Shown here in pieces: positions 25,701 to 30,875 of a DNA stretch of 64,000 nt. The position numbers and the translations under genes are program-made. Numbering within the stretch: the first letter of the stretch is position 1; every line of letters begins with the position of its first letter. Source of the DNA: a candidate division FCPU426 bacterium (GTDB lineage: Bacteria; Oederibacteriota; JAAXVQ01; JAUVAV01); NCBI GenBank assembly GCA_040756875.1, contig JBFLYH010000002.1:1070624-1134623 (forward strand), written 5' to 3'. A model generated the notes under the pieces. That model searched no databases and was not told where the DNA came from. It saw only the letters and a program-made list of their open reading frames with translations.

Positions 25701-28562
25701 GAAATCATGCGCAAACTCCAGGGCATCAATGATCTGGAAGCCCGTCTCAATGGTAGCAGCGAAGCACAGGGCAGGATATTGAAGGATGCGGCCTTGCCGC
25801 CTTCAGCCCTGCAAACGTATGGTTCCTGGACCAGGCTGGGCTGGATCGAGAACTTCGTGGACAGCCGCATCAGCGCGCTGAAGTTATCCAGTTCCAAGAT
25901 TCAACTGGTTAACGAGTACGCTAAAGCCTGGCAGGATCCGCAGTGGCAGCAACAGCATGCCGAGCAGGTGGCTGCGCTGCAAAGCCAGTACGGGTCGGAT
26001 TGGTTTGAGCCGGCCATGGCGGATAAGTTTGGAGCGGATTGGAAACTATATGAGAAACTGGGGACGGCGTTAGCCATTCAAACTCAAGGCTTGCCGTTGA
26101 TCGGACGGATACCCTTGGTCGGCAATGGTATGAGCAATTTAGTGGCGGCGCTGCTGACGAATAGGCAGATTAAAAACCTGCCCAGGCAGGAATACCAGGC
26201 CGTATTACAAAATGTGGCCAGTGTCAGCGAGAAACTGCCTGAATTGGCAGCTGACCCCGAAAATACCACGCTAACCTATCAAGGCCGGACCATGGATTTG
26301 CAGGGTGCAGAGCAGTACGTGCGCAGTCAAGTGAACGCTGCCAGCTATTATACGGCGGTCAACGGATTCAAGGTGGCAGATACGGTTTTGACTACGCCGA
26401 TCAAACCTCAGGATAAAGTGCAACCCACGCTAGTGCAGGCAGCGGCAGAGACGGCCTTGCAGCAGCGACAGTTGCCTGTCAGGATGGCGGAATGGGTCAA
26501 GGGTCAGTGGAGTGACCTCTTACGCGGCCTGCAGCAGTCCAAATTTGTCATACCATTCTTTAAAATTCAGGATGGTTGGATTGTACCTACAAAAGTGACT
26601 ACGTTGTTGGTCGGCGCCGCAATGGTAGGGCTGCTTAGCATGACCGGCTTGCCCATTCTCGGATTAGCGGGCGGACTTCTGCTTATGCCCATGTTGCAGC
26701 CGCTTTTGCAGCAGGCAACCAGGTTCCTGCCTGGGGCACAGGCCCAGGTTGGCCGCAAAGAAGCGTCGTTGATGGTACGCTTGGTTGCTCCAGTGGTTCT
26801 TTCCTTGTTGGTGGGCACGTTGCTGGGTTCGCCTGCCACGGGTGTGTGCGGTGCGATTTCGGCGGCTACCGGGACATTGACTGAAGGCACGTTGCGTACT
26901 TTGTCGGAGTCCAAATTCCGGGCTACAGTGAACCGCATCAGCGATTCCCGGCTGGGAGCCGGGGAGATGAAGGCGGATTCCCTGAGATTGGTGGAACGTT
27001 TCAAAGCCGAGGCCAAAGGAAAAGAGCAAGATGGCAAAGCGGTATATGGCATTCTGAAAGGACTGCTGTCCAAACCGGAATTTGGCGATATAACCTTGGA
27101 GGCGAGCGACTCCGCCCAATACTACGGCTATATGCATCTCGTCGCTGCGGTTTTGAGTCTGGTGCCGCGGGCCACGGAGAGCCTGGACCGGGTGGAACTG
27201 GGGCAGAACACGTCCAAGTCGGCGGCTGCCGAGCGAACCGGGGTTAGGGTAGACCAGCAGTCCATAAAATTCCTTAACCAACAATTCTCGGATATTTTGA
27301 TAACCCAGACATTGCTGGCGGTCAAGGGGCGGCTGTTCAGTGATGCACAGTCGTACTCCTTGAACGAAATGCTGCGGCAGCACCGGCTGTTCAAGGAATT
27401 CGGGAGCAACGCGCTGGTGGAATTCATGCGGCAGTATCTGGTGGACGGTGAAAATATGAAAGCCTTGGCCAGCCAGGATGAAACCCTGCGCGGTGTGTAT
27501 CAACAGGTAAAAGAGCGATTGGGCCGCGAATATGGGGAAAGGGATCTGCGGGATCTAACCGAGGCGGCCGGGGAGCTGGAGAATACCGCCTTTGGCCTTA
27601 TGAAAGGGAAGGCGGCGGATATCCGGCGCGAATCTGATCCGGAACAACGTCGCGGGCTGGAAGTGGCGTTCGAGGCGACTTTCGGGATCAATTATGTTGA
27701 TTATTTGAAACTGCAGAAATCGCCCTGGCAGCAGCAGTTATTGGGTTGGATTGCGGGCAAAGACCGTTTACAACGGACCGAGCAGCCGGTAATGACCGTG
27801 CGCAGCATGGCTCAGCAGTTGGTCGGTCTGGGCATGGTAGTGGCCGTGGCCGGCGGGTTGTTGTTCGGTCTGTTGAGCGGAGCTTTGCCAGTCCTCGTCG
27901 CGTCAGCTGGATTGCTGATCGCTGTAACCGGCGCGGCGGTGTGGCTGCAGGCCAGGTCTATTGCCTTTGGCCTGAACCCTGCGGCAGCGGTGGAAGAGTT
28001 GCTGGCAAGCACGCCGTTCATTTCGCGCCACCCGCGGATGGAGGCGGATGCGCAGCGGATCGCGCAACTGGCCGGAAAGGAAGAATTCGAACAGCGGAAA
28101 GTGTTCGCGGCGCAATACGGGATCAGTCACGAGACCTACCAGAAAATCGCACTAGCGACATTGATATCCGATCCGTATTTCACGAAAGCGGTGAATGGGT
28201 TGAGGATCGCGGGCACGGAGATGGTGTCGGAAACCATGCGCAATCGTGCCATCCGGGCCACCTTGGAGCACCTGCTGGCCGTGGCCGAATCCGATGCCAG
28301 CATGGAAACGAAGCTGGATTTAACCAGGGATTTGGCCCAAGTGCTTGGATTCCTTGGTTTCAACATCAGCTTGACGTACAAGAAGTATGCGGATGAACTG
28401 GCCGTGACCCTGACGCCGGAGGTAGTGCCGCGGACCCTGACGCAGGACTACAAGCTTGGACGGATCATCAAACGGCTGGAAGGGCTGGGCATCGGGTTGA
28501 AATTGGATGTGGCGCCGTTGCAGAAGCAGCCGAAGCTCAAGACTACGGGCAGCGCAGCTTAA
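7731..28562 (+). CDS. Giant protein A (~6,943 aa): signal peptide, acidic stalk, hydrophobic hairpin domain, TPR-like and beta-rich region with 74-aa repeats, second TM cluster, coiled coils, SecA-like ATPase module, C-terminal TM helices
   Basis: Uninterrupted 20.8-kb ORF (track 7722..28562). ATG 7731 follows the SD GAGGTGA. It has an upstream promoter and a downstream terminator and is homologous to the ORF at 49603. Domain calls come from motifs read by eye. Confidence 0.9.
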   Translation: MKTITQFWSQAAILSRQLWRVARERHRKVISLVLAMIFVFTMTGMDTILAYGFDNNRHENYDQQNDLLPPANPLEQAQPDAFISVNAPTDKKADVADTRLNVLKAEYGDLLSTVSLQTVAEKTLAGVSVDTALKWVAEVVAPKGEQPAGTQPEEETTEQPAVDPSLLADVATTSQGPLSLSLNLDGLSGKGRLSDETDLAQLPIPAEMLPKEITPSEQPETVEPAAVAQETQPSAQPLEAGLPKVDESAKPEQPVEGGQLPEIQVVEQPKDQGGETKVTETEETEKKNNAETSLADLTKQFLALLGMNDKLKEDTAAKTEETKLPEETTETGSKETVLPEDAQAKKDGTETLAEGEEKPKTEVEQPAAEEKPEGEEKVAKEEKEEDGEQPAEDKDNEGDEKRAELPDQVLRLLGLGEKDKETEKDTEVEGPDSLEDFFALLGDEERKEDGETSSKEVDLDVDALLDELNAQGIEPPKEIDEPASMLADLVDRPQTEEKPEETLLPETEQPVENTDTVLTDDTEIALVGPEAGMVEEEKEPKETEGTAPTENKPEETDGVEAASIHALPDVTQLRQEALLVNILGTDATQQPETNLAAEVSDAFKRGASMILGPDANLPESLSPATTQLEPAGVSEATLPATVGTIPQVFIEQISANLTAADEQGAAATQAGPEDIRGTRSSALADLLNVSEDESRVPTAPGVIINQQSTDRTPDYWAGGSAWDIARIYGHPEQPEQENPDPECTDFLGLAIVMFIFQGPKAMMDFFQNPSLETFMEMFMILTDPVYYIYKIVDALINFSWDTMQEFGEFANSPFGKLFMFIISVVLTIFTCGSAAPILIALIILIELIQTFVPLPKWLDIALSIVKAALGGWASAIKDTFKQAITEVVKNVIQAISDLIKTLTKDVLKAIIKAVLKETIVQILQEVLPEDLLFYMPLISIMADWLAAGLTEMFMGEDGKGFTDGFVKAFKQSFNITPETFSTFTGFVKFMTSPAMRAGLAFLIQSLFVNSGEENGAKAAQDRRAGAIWGAMASGFLGWVDASVSTRIPLTFMQQVGMFLFNFVRPVVAKTVSTIVSQYAPSDSNGGAKWGDNQKYFVANTWGTIAERMVPGYQVDQSGARWSWLPTEIASVFSSDSMSSGNASTAAGSMGDSKGIQGASAGQAGFLNGVQAAEQLGPANSEVQQAEMPAKVEAQSPISTDSHAVKEESEITESESPFNEMEQQLNLGQEIQNPNQNAPQQQQQNLEQQRSASGLPKQTEEKKAEAPSRSEQQIQQQQPKQQPEKQPEKLETPYEQPQYNQQESLPDNNNNEREELNSPSLDNSNRDNEMEVPQDPMQEVKDLKLPGAHMPQKGELKQGDELERLDEIKTPKGSTVEKTASEALNDGNGQGDGNGQGGGNGAGQGDNGVEAYQGVTQNMQMNLSQHREQLETMKQTGELPAKFAPAENSTVRTATLASDSIPTDSALGQVVENLTREGSLPYGGDFNLKVETFQNQAGNQIMAVSSIDASTGQTQLLALTEKIGNEHITTTFRENTEGPGAVANVYAGDQKGDALMANDFAIPDLDVKRGLGELTKGSGLSGREQAKAGGERLLEGDQLEETGETSRGSDRNRPGENKDQDAMAAGAFKGGKGSGPGGENSGKAEGWNQGSDATLYKGENGGLEVKGSMDALKQVMDASGQVDLSKLSGRQNADGTMTYEAPGVQITATPAALNEATAGGSSLDMSRLQPVAGEQLPATLTNNDGLDIRGSPQALDKLKDANGQLDLKQFSAQTMKDGTVKLQGPEGVEISGTPDALAKAAGKENQLDLGKFQPKSSEAQAGKTTVTEPPKNFEAPPAEQNDKAVGEGTSLISSNKEIDPSRRDVKMSEQEGPRPATPDKPQEITSGQVEVPKKYNLFQTAMAKLFTLGSWEPGTTMATTYTFEVDGRTVSMQFVPERTGSGNAVGSMDVKGSDGETYKVTLGSNGEVTGVMQYVVAGGFWKGTLALRPVGGNEAFAFNEWGEMDRLYTKNADGSWTLSKERKYTQDAQGRWVGAMIDANVAGQLSKDELRNLILAMNADPAVLAQNRSYQDYLKDLKLTPGTAEYDAKLKELALPLGLSAIQQAQSYVNQLLSQGATGSKLESAYRTLALAEQKVYSLDQTKVNFASLVEHARLSQDAPLMLKAADYQLSQGDKSGAVVTLQAALTSLRNLPPTPLTMDQALRGLELLQQAGQTETQVYQTTLTFVENQLKVSALTPLTLSQSLRLNEVAGSAVVSDERLMQLRNAVESVVNDNQAKIKAGSSYTVQGFGVISKSATGDVTVQTQVSEDTAASITFKAVKEERPFEPAGRLEMEQVVVVDNLGVLQMFAAQPEGFALTTVGLTKTVTIGNKTFTTRILSDINNTTGQAAGTIKVDDKIYSVRVNLETGDVQVKLEAEKPAGKLDLSAWNRARLTFVNGEAYFTINGKTEKAQVINQVTAEQLQQLNVPANQAKVIADLLKGRSGYLASDGTIFVGTQQEIEAGNYFVAGRNQFGTNQNDLGYLAKFVDGNLQRVDLSDGKIISVLSKDLSRYTVTQYSEDGKRVAVSLYEKSALVGTKLILRDINNVALLYDAKGQLTQASRESLRHLQAQGVQFNEVQGGFTLRYKDQESAFTANGRPLATGNKEQGAGEGGSKEGTSEQQKSGTSSQQTLEFFDQQAITLNIASYKDPDGIRIKTNNFEYTTITVQASTNGEVTKVVLKSTVTAQVTQRIVSNDSQTMTETGRFRNSGELEKGTRHLVASKLTQTDDKTGQTITRTNVDSLSEIEDGKEKSNRMTFELEELRNQAGNLIRMVERGEYISKMVGGKLETHLENGRVQEWGSGTINGVQYTNYHTTTNIVNGEQRLESMTFARAESMENGVKRVITNGRYQGFYNEAAKKWDVKLQSGRVEEWGGSQTMNGTTYTNYHTVTNVVNGNQRLQSMSFASATSMENGVKRVITNGLYQGFYNEAAKKWDIKLQSGRVEEWGGEQTINGTVYKNYHTITNVLNGNQQLQSMTFASATSMENGVKRVITNGEYVGFTNADTKKWDVRLQSGRVEEWGGEQTINGTVYKNYHTITNVLNGNQQLQSMTFASATSMENGIKRVITNGEYIGFENADTKKWDVKLQSGRVEEWGGSQTMNGVTYKDYHTITNVVSGDQQLQSMTFARAESMENGVKRVITNGEYKGFYNQTDKKWDIRLENGLVDESVAQKVENQTDPKLGTLTITNSDVHTITRIESGKAVEVTTTIGHSVSKDSSGRVVTDEKGISKVLTNPQFNEKGVLISGTQKMTVEERKEYNVKFDDQTQRYIVADDKVTKSYKVESTAEIEQGRVISNRTEIQRMTTLNESGRVVAEDFNIVQSMAILKTYTKGVFGSDREVVVNITEGKSGSQVILNGDREHAIAMGAGVKVSADGDKIIVQDARGVLREFTAGGKETTGWFQARANDWNAYSAKIDALVNKVETAWNEGRYGMAILHAGNYLLSGTLDALVYVLQTAWAVVEGAVVLSVNVTTAPFTGLYTIGSNLINGRDWNEGLWDAMTRPGQAVLDGFKGALNFVFSPLDKALNWASEKVLGWAEALTDTAEWAADHNDIIGAVILSAAAIVLKVVGENLPTLVIIAVSFIPVVGGAIATIMLARDALTRGLGSMFESFFIEPFIKIGTGIYQLATISTNKTEVSVTRQIINATSLIGGGIVGLALAKMMLKGAIEQFKAARGEISLAQVKGYLQELAQAGELHKVMGKTLGEIVKDAGMKMKGEPAWAKFKFDDLTVPQLRGETLGNLMSKPGGAELLKSLFTYGAEGGGFRMNDLALPKAKEIEVGRVQKAIEFLSEKAAEKVGLELPKQTRVIDQPLAEAVRPADVGLSRLTGMGSGLATFAVETIKSQFQMMAHAFGTIRSIMTTTFKAGLNLASNLVVEKAGLGYTAGYQKASETVRSAVKDFAKTSTGEFLQKFSSEGLSNTFSRVADSVRSVSNQLANSMASAFSRLTGSSVRLASNFNQPLGEGTYARKGMSERPGAGVDANGVKTEAGQQRSAMQDTQAMLKGAREELSTARSNKASAEVIGRLEANVRTIEAAAKNLETALKIKDLEVSRSTEGKAPETEQTALERQQLSLAKDAIEGRNTAESIQKEIAKTEADISKLQAEAKTEAGKTEIESLTGKLKGLQEQQKQAEQQMKNAEQQLSLTDQIHQAQQDTGRLKGELDEARSQRDAGSPEESSANAASVRRLEQEISKTQADEKVGREQQKVLDLQTELSKAHARGDLADYAQIAKDLTAAEQGLHRSLTEQSNAQKQFNSSVAKESQMTVSGKLEAMAQASGMSRAVLETKVEQVVDKIGDHTRSRAVKSALVDLMSGNSRNPGEAMKVLEQNSLGLKACMEALVANGLEAQAMNFLDQVGKTKGATTAERNAAAESFGLQPRGLEVELNRQLGAQLKAENPLGLEGGSRRGMTREERSQLLKDVAKSLTLEQYNRLMQAQLNGENITNLLKSMRTEGAGKSLNEVLKGDVAGKTQAFAEQLSKTLSEAGVEMNASRRQMVNEIAEKLTLESYRQLRSELLTSPDPVKSLETALRSEESVMPTKSGQNAAAERLLGGENNRLESSYSPEFAETLQAFRGELAKSNSVDEALRTKENVAKALEKLTNEVGQREVQKLTSSLNEAQVKNLLKAETVEMAEARLKAMMQESAVQQAGTEGAVNSLQHEVNTQMSRVEGRLERLQQVEAAKQKLHDAKQDYNNAKTFADKVAAEKAVQNAQQNLRVTELLAERNPAVGNALAEAWARWQAERGLASADQVQLRIQVEQAISSITDPALKQSVKMELERFNKLQESIEKDQAALGRASRFGSSKGQIEARMLENIKQRQNLLAELNKSGHADRLLESMELQGMTSRKLLEPAAGQADALGATIRDILGNLRAELLQPKALSEALGVDVTKLCLELGRTSEIFNENVVRETIEKSFPELASKSGAIIDAMSKQLLAANLQPGILANALGIADASALTGLVGKVMESNKTLSKTEVENIIKDSFPELMGRSAEIAELVSKQMKFSFPTMDALLTQANIAKQRTEIEKQLVKSEALKETGIEINGQTLKIITELIVSFQLDINYRNFAPELPMLRFLVRQTELHYMNMELQTKNPAMKVVIGEALQLAMGGGKSCSPLAMKIAMDLFARNHSGVEPPAMLYMTANPTLVKQILGEHTFIKMRNEGRLVELSKEGTEAEFKKVVESGFEKGKMYVTDNETLKQIVLDMRSEGKTDQQIAKLLQKDLGSIGWDEFHAAFHTTDTIIGASGIAPLLSQKALSQLMPMTMNLLKNYAAVREWFKSNELVRQGKESKLFENVEQGMGKEVRGQFQFTQEAKAEILERTGLDYRKASDAFILDKIAQTLSMKNGREYSGRYNEITGRTEYGTMEGGVGKPNTIFGDQMLATFTNAEIFLEATGLKAEQISREGFADTYRPFMESMIEAFVHTTTERVTMMEAMHLVGSQNIVGFSGTFEGIQNVLQMWGKQLVRINTEPVIDLMQVVGNEAYFRVKIGTDVLTLARDMRTGEVKLTLGQEAIQANKALVNDIVSLMGKRLEVKGLEAGQTIKVDGVQRSVSREWLNREGGLDIKKLQARFGEGVIVREFTGGRLVLDNVSVKVTEKMVDKPIQGAEKFIRQQIVTGDYNAALGELMGEVKTALGRQGRTAEIKDITRESVRRYLMEKNIQVPRETGADIVEALFKNGELATKVLKEMLLHPGEGKVQLIRIDGIAPELWTYAMKGLESLIKTPEGAMQERVIFAPKIGEGLNTVAIKGDFMKRMGAALHQLDMRPLDVYRQTMKRLNVYEARENGLDFKRAQGLTGMSLDFNRLKNVTGKEYGEMEAFVQEVKTTLAGETSLGVKVEKGELAVNDAVSGRNAELIKRFNDLLIGEGKVEEFQQESGKTELVNKNYSSRTEAGVAKSILTEVDMQKTRAAQQTQAGIQSETTVDVGVAKASPEYMSKLARKVESNLPEIMRKLQGINDLEARLNGSSEAQGRILKDAALPPSALQTYGSWTRLGWIENFVDSRISALKLSSSKIQLVNEYAKAWQDPQWQQQHAEQVAALQSQYGSDWFEPAMADKFGADWKLYEKLGTALAIQTQGLPLIGRIPLVGNGMSNLVAALLTNRQIKNLPRQEYQAVLQNVASVSEKLPELAADPENTTLTYQGRTMDLQGAEQYVRSQVNAASYYTAVNGFKVADTVLTTPIKPQDKVQPTLVQAAAETALQQRQLPVRMAEWVKGQWSDLLRGLQQSKFVIPFFKIQDGWIVPTKVTTLLVGAAMVGLLSMTGLPILGLAGGLLLMPMLQPLLQQATRFLPGAQAQVGRKEASLMVRLVAPVVLSLLVGTLLGSPATGVCGAISAATGTLTEGTLRTLSESKFRATVNRISDSRLGAGEMKADSLRLVERFKAEAKGKEQDGKAVYGILKGLLSKPEFGDITLEASDSAQYYGYMHLVAAVLSLVPRATESLDRVELGQNTSKSAAAERTGVRVDQQSIKFLNQQFSDILITQTLLAVKGRLFSDAQSYSLNEMLRQHRLFKEFGSNALVEFMRQYLVDGENMKALASQDETLRGVYQQVKERLGREYGERDLRDLTEAAGELENTAFGLMKGKAADIRRESDPEQRRGLEVAFEATFGINYVDYLKLQKSPWQQQLLGWIAGKDRLQRTEQPVMTVRSMAQQLVGLGMVVAVAGGLLFGLLSGALPVLVASAGLLIAVTGAAVWLQARSIAFGLNPAAAVEELLASTPFISRHPRMEADAQRIAQLAGKEEFEQRKVFAAQYGISHETYQKIALATLISDPYFTKAVNGLRIAGTEMVSETMRNRAIRATLEHLLAVAESDASMETKLDLTRDLAQVLGFLGFNISLTYKKYADELAVTLTPEVVPRTLTQDYKLGRIIKRLEGLGIGLKLDVAPLQKQPKLKTTGSAA
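12711..13169 (+). repeat. Four degenerate ~40-aa coding repeats in giant A
   Basis: GLEVKGSMDAL..QVDLSKL / GVQITATPAAL..SLDMSRL / GLDIRGSPQAL..QLDLKQF / GVEISGTPDAL..QLDLGKF. Confidence 0.6.
16224..17330 (+). repeat. Five tandem 222-bp (74-aa) coding repeats in giant A
   Basis: The ATG of MENG recurs at 16359, 16581, 16803, 17025 and 17247. Unit: MENGVKRVITNG.Y.GF.N...KKWD(V/I)KLQSGRVEEWGG.QT.NG..Y.NYHT.TNV.NG.Q.LQSM.FA.A.S. Confidence 0.95.
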
Positions 28563-28587
28563 CCCTATCACCGGAGGGTTTGAAAGC

Positions 28588-28626
28588 AATCCCGGTTCCC
28601 CGGAAAACGGGGAACCGGGATTTTTT
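28588..28626 (+). terminator. Rho-independent terminator after giant A, between convergent giant A and lnt-2
   Basis: Perfect 15-bp stem AATCCCGGTTCCCCG / CGGGGAACCGGGATT, loop GAAAA, followed by a T run. Confidence 0.9.
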
Positions 28627-28627
28627 A

Positions 28628-30310
28628 TTAACGTGCCGGTGGAATGAACCGTGCGGGGATAAATGAAGCAGCGCAAAGCAGGAAAAATAAAACCGTAAAC
28701 CCGAACGGAATCAAATTGCCGAAACGGGTGAAAAAAGTCCTGAATTTGGCGGGATAGATGGTTTCCCATTTAACTGCAGGTTCGAAGAAGGGCAGTGCCG
28801 GCCCAATGTGGCCCCAGGGATCGATCACGACCGTGGGGCCGGTCATATCAGCTTTGGCGATATAAGCTCGGTGCTCTACCGCCAGAAAGACCGACATGGC
28901 ATTGTGCTGATAACTCATTTCCGAACGGCCTGACCAGCTGTTGTTGGCCACGCTGAGAAAGAAATCCGCGCCGGCTTTTGCCAGTTGATATCCCAATTCC
29001 TCGAACATATCTTCGTAACAAATGAGTATTGAAAAGCCCCATTTTCCCAACTCGAAAACTGTGGTGTCATCGCCGGGTTCGAAATCCACGGGAATGGGTT
29101 GCTGAACCACGGTTTGCAGGTAACGCTTGAGAAATTCGTAGGGAATGTATTCCCCAAAAGGCACTAAATGAAGTTTTCGGTAGCGCCCCAATGTTTGGCC
29201 TTGGCCGCCCAGATAAAAGGCACTGTTATAGTGGTGCCAGGACAGGGGTTTATCAAGGTCTTGTTCGCGCTCGTACTCATTGCTGGTCAGAACCGTGGGA
29301 ATGCCCGCTTCGCTGACCAGCTCGCGCAAGCGTTGTTCCCATTCCCGCAGGGGAGGATATTCCATTATGCCAGGGAAACAGGATTCGGCCCAAACGATTA
29401 GCTCGGGTTTTTTGACTGTCGCTCCCAGGTGCAAAGTACGCATACGGTCCAAGGCTGCCGTCCGATAGGCTCGATCCCAGCGTTGCCGGGTGTTGATATT
29501 CCCCTGCAGTAATGCCAATGAAATCTGACCGCGCGGGCTGCGGGCAAACCCCACGGTTTCGATGAAGGCAATTATCAATACGCTGATCCACAGAAGCGTT
29601 AGAATCGCGACCACGCCCGTCACGACCGGCCTGCGTCGCCAGACCGACCACCATTCTTCGAGAAGACGGGAAGAAGATGCCGGAAGGGCGGATTTTGGCC
29701 GGCGCCAGCGATTCCAGACGGCCCGAAGTCCGTCCAGAAGAAAAATATTGCCTAAGATGACGAGAAACGAAATACCGCCAACTCCGACGACAGTGGAAAG
29801 CTGTCGAATGGGCCAATTCGCATACTGGGTGGCGCCCAGGCTGCCCCACGGCCAGCCGCCCGTCAGAATATGACCGCGCAAATATTCCCAAGCCACGAAT
29901 GAAAGCGGTAACAGGATCGAATCCGGCCAGTGTAAACGATGCTTGATTAAACGGGCGGAGAGCCCAAAAAGCCCAAAATAGATTCCTCCGCAAACAGCGA
30001 AAAAGAGCCAAGCCACGGCGTTATCAATGTTGGTATTGCGTCCGACGAGACGGACCCAGGTCAAGGTGCCGGTAAAATATAAAAAGCCCATCAGCCAGGC
30101 ATATCCAAAAGTGCCGAAAGTAGTACACCTGCGCCAAATATATATATAAGGAATGAAACTGACCCACGCCAAGGCACTGTGCCATGGGGAATAACCGGCA
30201 TAGAGGAAGTTAGGAAAGGAAAGTGCCTGCAAGAGTCCGGCGCTGGCAGCCAGCCAGATCCCATGCACAGGTTTCCAGGTTGGTTGGGATAGGGTAGTGG
30301 ATTGGGTCAT
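28628..30310 (-). CDS. lnt: Apolipoprotein N-acyltransferase family protein, paralogue 2
   Basis: WEYLRG..GGWPWGSLG, LLQGN, IVWAES (E), YRKLHLVPFGEY (K), ILICYE (C), VIDPWG. Collinear with lnt-1. Confidence 0.92.
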   Translation of the reverse strand: MTQSTTLSQPTWKPVHGIWLAASAGLLQALSFPNFLYAGYSPWHSALAWVSFIPYIYIWRRCTTFGTFGYAWLMGFLYFTGTLTWVRLVGRNTNIDNAVAWLFFAVCGGIYFGLFGLSARLIKHRLHWPDSILLPLSFVAWEYLRGHILTGGWPWGSLGATQYANWPIRQLSTVVGVGGISFLVILGNIFLLDGLRAVWNRWRRPKSALPASSSRLLEEWWSVWRRRPVVTGVVAILTLLWISVLIIAFIETVGFARSPRGQISLALLQGNINTRQRWDRAYRTAALDRMRTLHLGATVKKPELIVWAESCFPGIMEYPPLREWEQRLRELVSEAGIPTVLTSNEYEREQDLDKPLSWHHYNSAFYLGGQGQTLGRYRKLHLVPFGEYIPYEFLKRYLQTVVQQPIPVDFEPGDDTTVFELGKWGFSILICYEDMFEELGYQLAKAGADFFLSVANNSWSGRSEMSYQHNAMSVFLAVEHRAYIAKADMTGPTVVIDPWGHIGPALPFFEPAVKWETIYPAKFRTFFTRFGNLIPFGFTVLFFLLCAASFIPARFIPPAR

Positions 30311-30328
30311 ATTATTTATCTCGAAGCA

Positions 30329-30337
30329 AGTATATCA
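30329..30337 (-). promoter_or_regulatory. Extended -10 element upstream of lnt-2
   Basis: Minus strand TGATATACT, 18 nt before ATG 30310. Same -10 hexamer as the three giant genes. Confidence 0.5.
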
Positions 30338-30734
30338 TAGAACGCCGTGGCGATGAACAATCCTGCAAAAAGCTGGAAGTGACAGGAGGAAACAAGAATA
30401 TCATGCTTTGAAACCCCACCTCCGTCATCATCATCACCCCCCCTAGGTCCCTGCATGGAATACAGAGCATAAAGTTTGGCTCCAACGATGACTGTTGGGT
30501 ATGTTTTCTATAAGGATTGATACCTGACATTGCAGGAATTTTTTTACAAGTTACGAAAAATTTTACCCAGGCAAAAATAACGATAGTTTGTTGAAATCAG
30601 TTTGGTAAAATCGCCATTATTTAGGGATTTAGGGCTCATGGGTATCTGAAAATCCAGGAATTCTGCCTCGAATTTTAGACGAATTTCCAAAGTTGCTTTT
30701 TTTGCAATTTCCACTTCTTTTGTGGGTCTCTGGA

Positions 30735-30802
30735 AAAACCCTTTAAAATAAGAGTATTATCGAGGACCGTAATTTGTAAAGCCCATTTTCCTGTGATATA
30801 CT
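30735..30802 (+). promoter_or_regulatory. Giant B promoter: upstream box plus sigma70 -35 and extended -10
   Basis: AAAACCCTTTAAAAT (30735-30749); TTGTAA (30774-30779); 17 nt; TGaTATACT (hexamer 30797-30802). Confidence 0.7.
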
Positions 30803-30875
30803 TTAGGCAAATAGAAAAATACGCCTAATTGGCGCCTTGCTCTATATATTTTTCAGGTTAAAGGGGGTTTTGGCC

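Noticed and set aside
5738-30310. Inverted lnt copies as ends of a composite transposon or invertible segment
   Set aside because: The copies are clearly diverged in DNA and protein, and no transposase, recombinase or terminal repeats are visible.
30312-30530. 72-aa ORF and the short (TCA)n / poly-C tract upstream of lnt-2
   Set aside because: No recognisable protein features, it overlaps the predicted lnt-2 promoter, and the tracts are too short to support phase variation.
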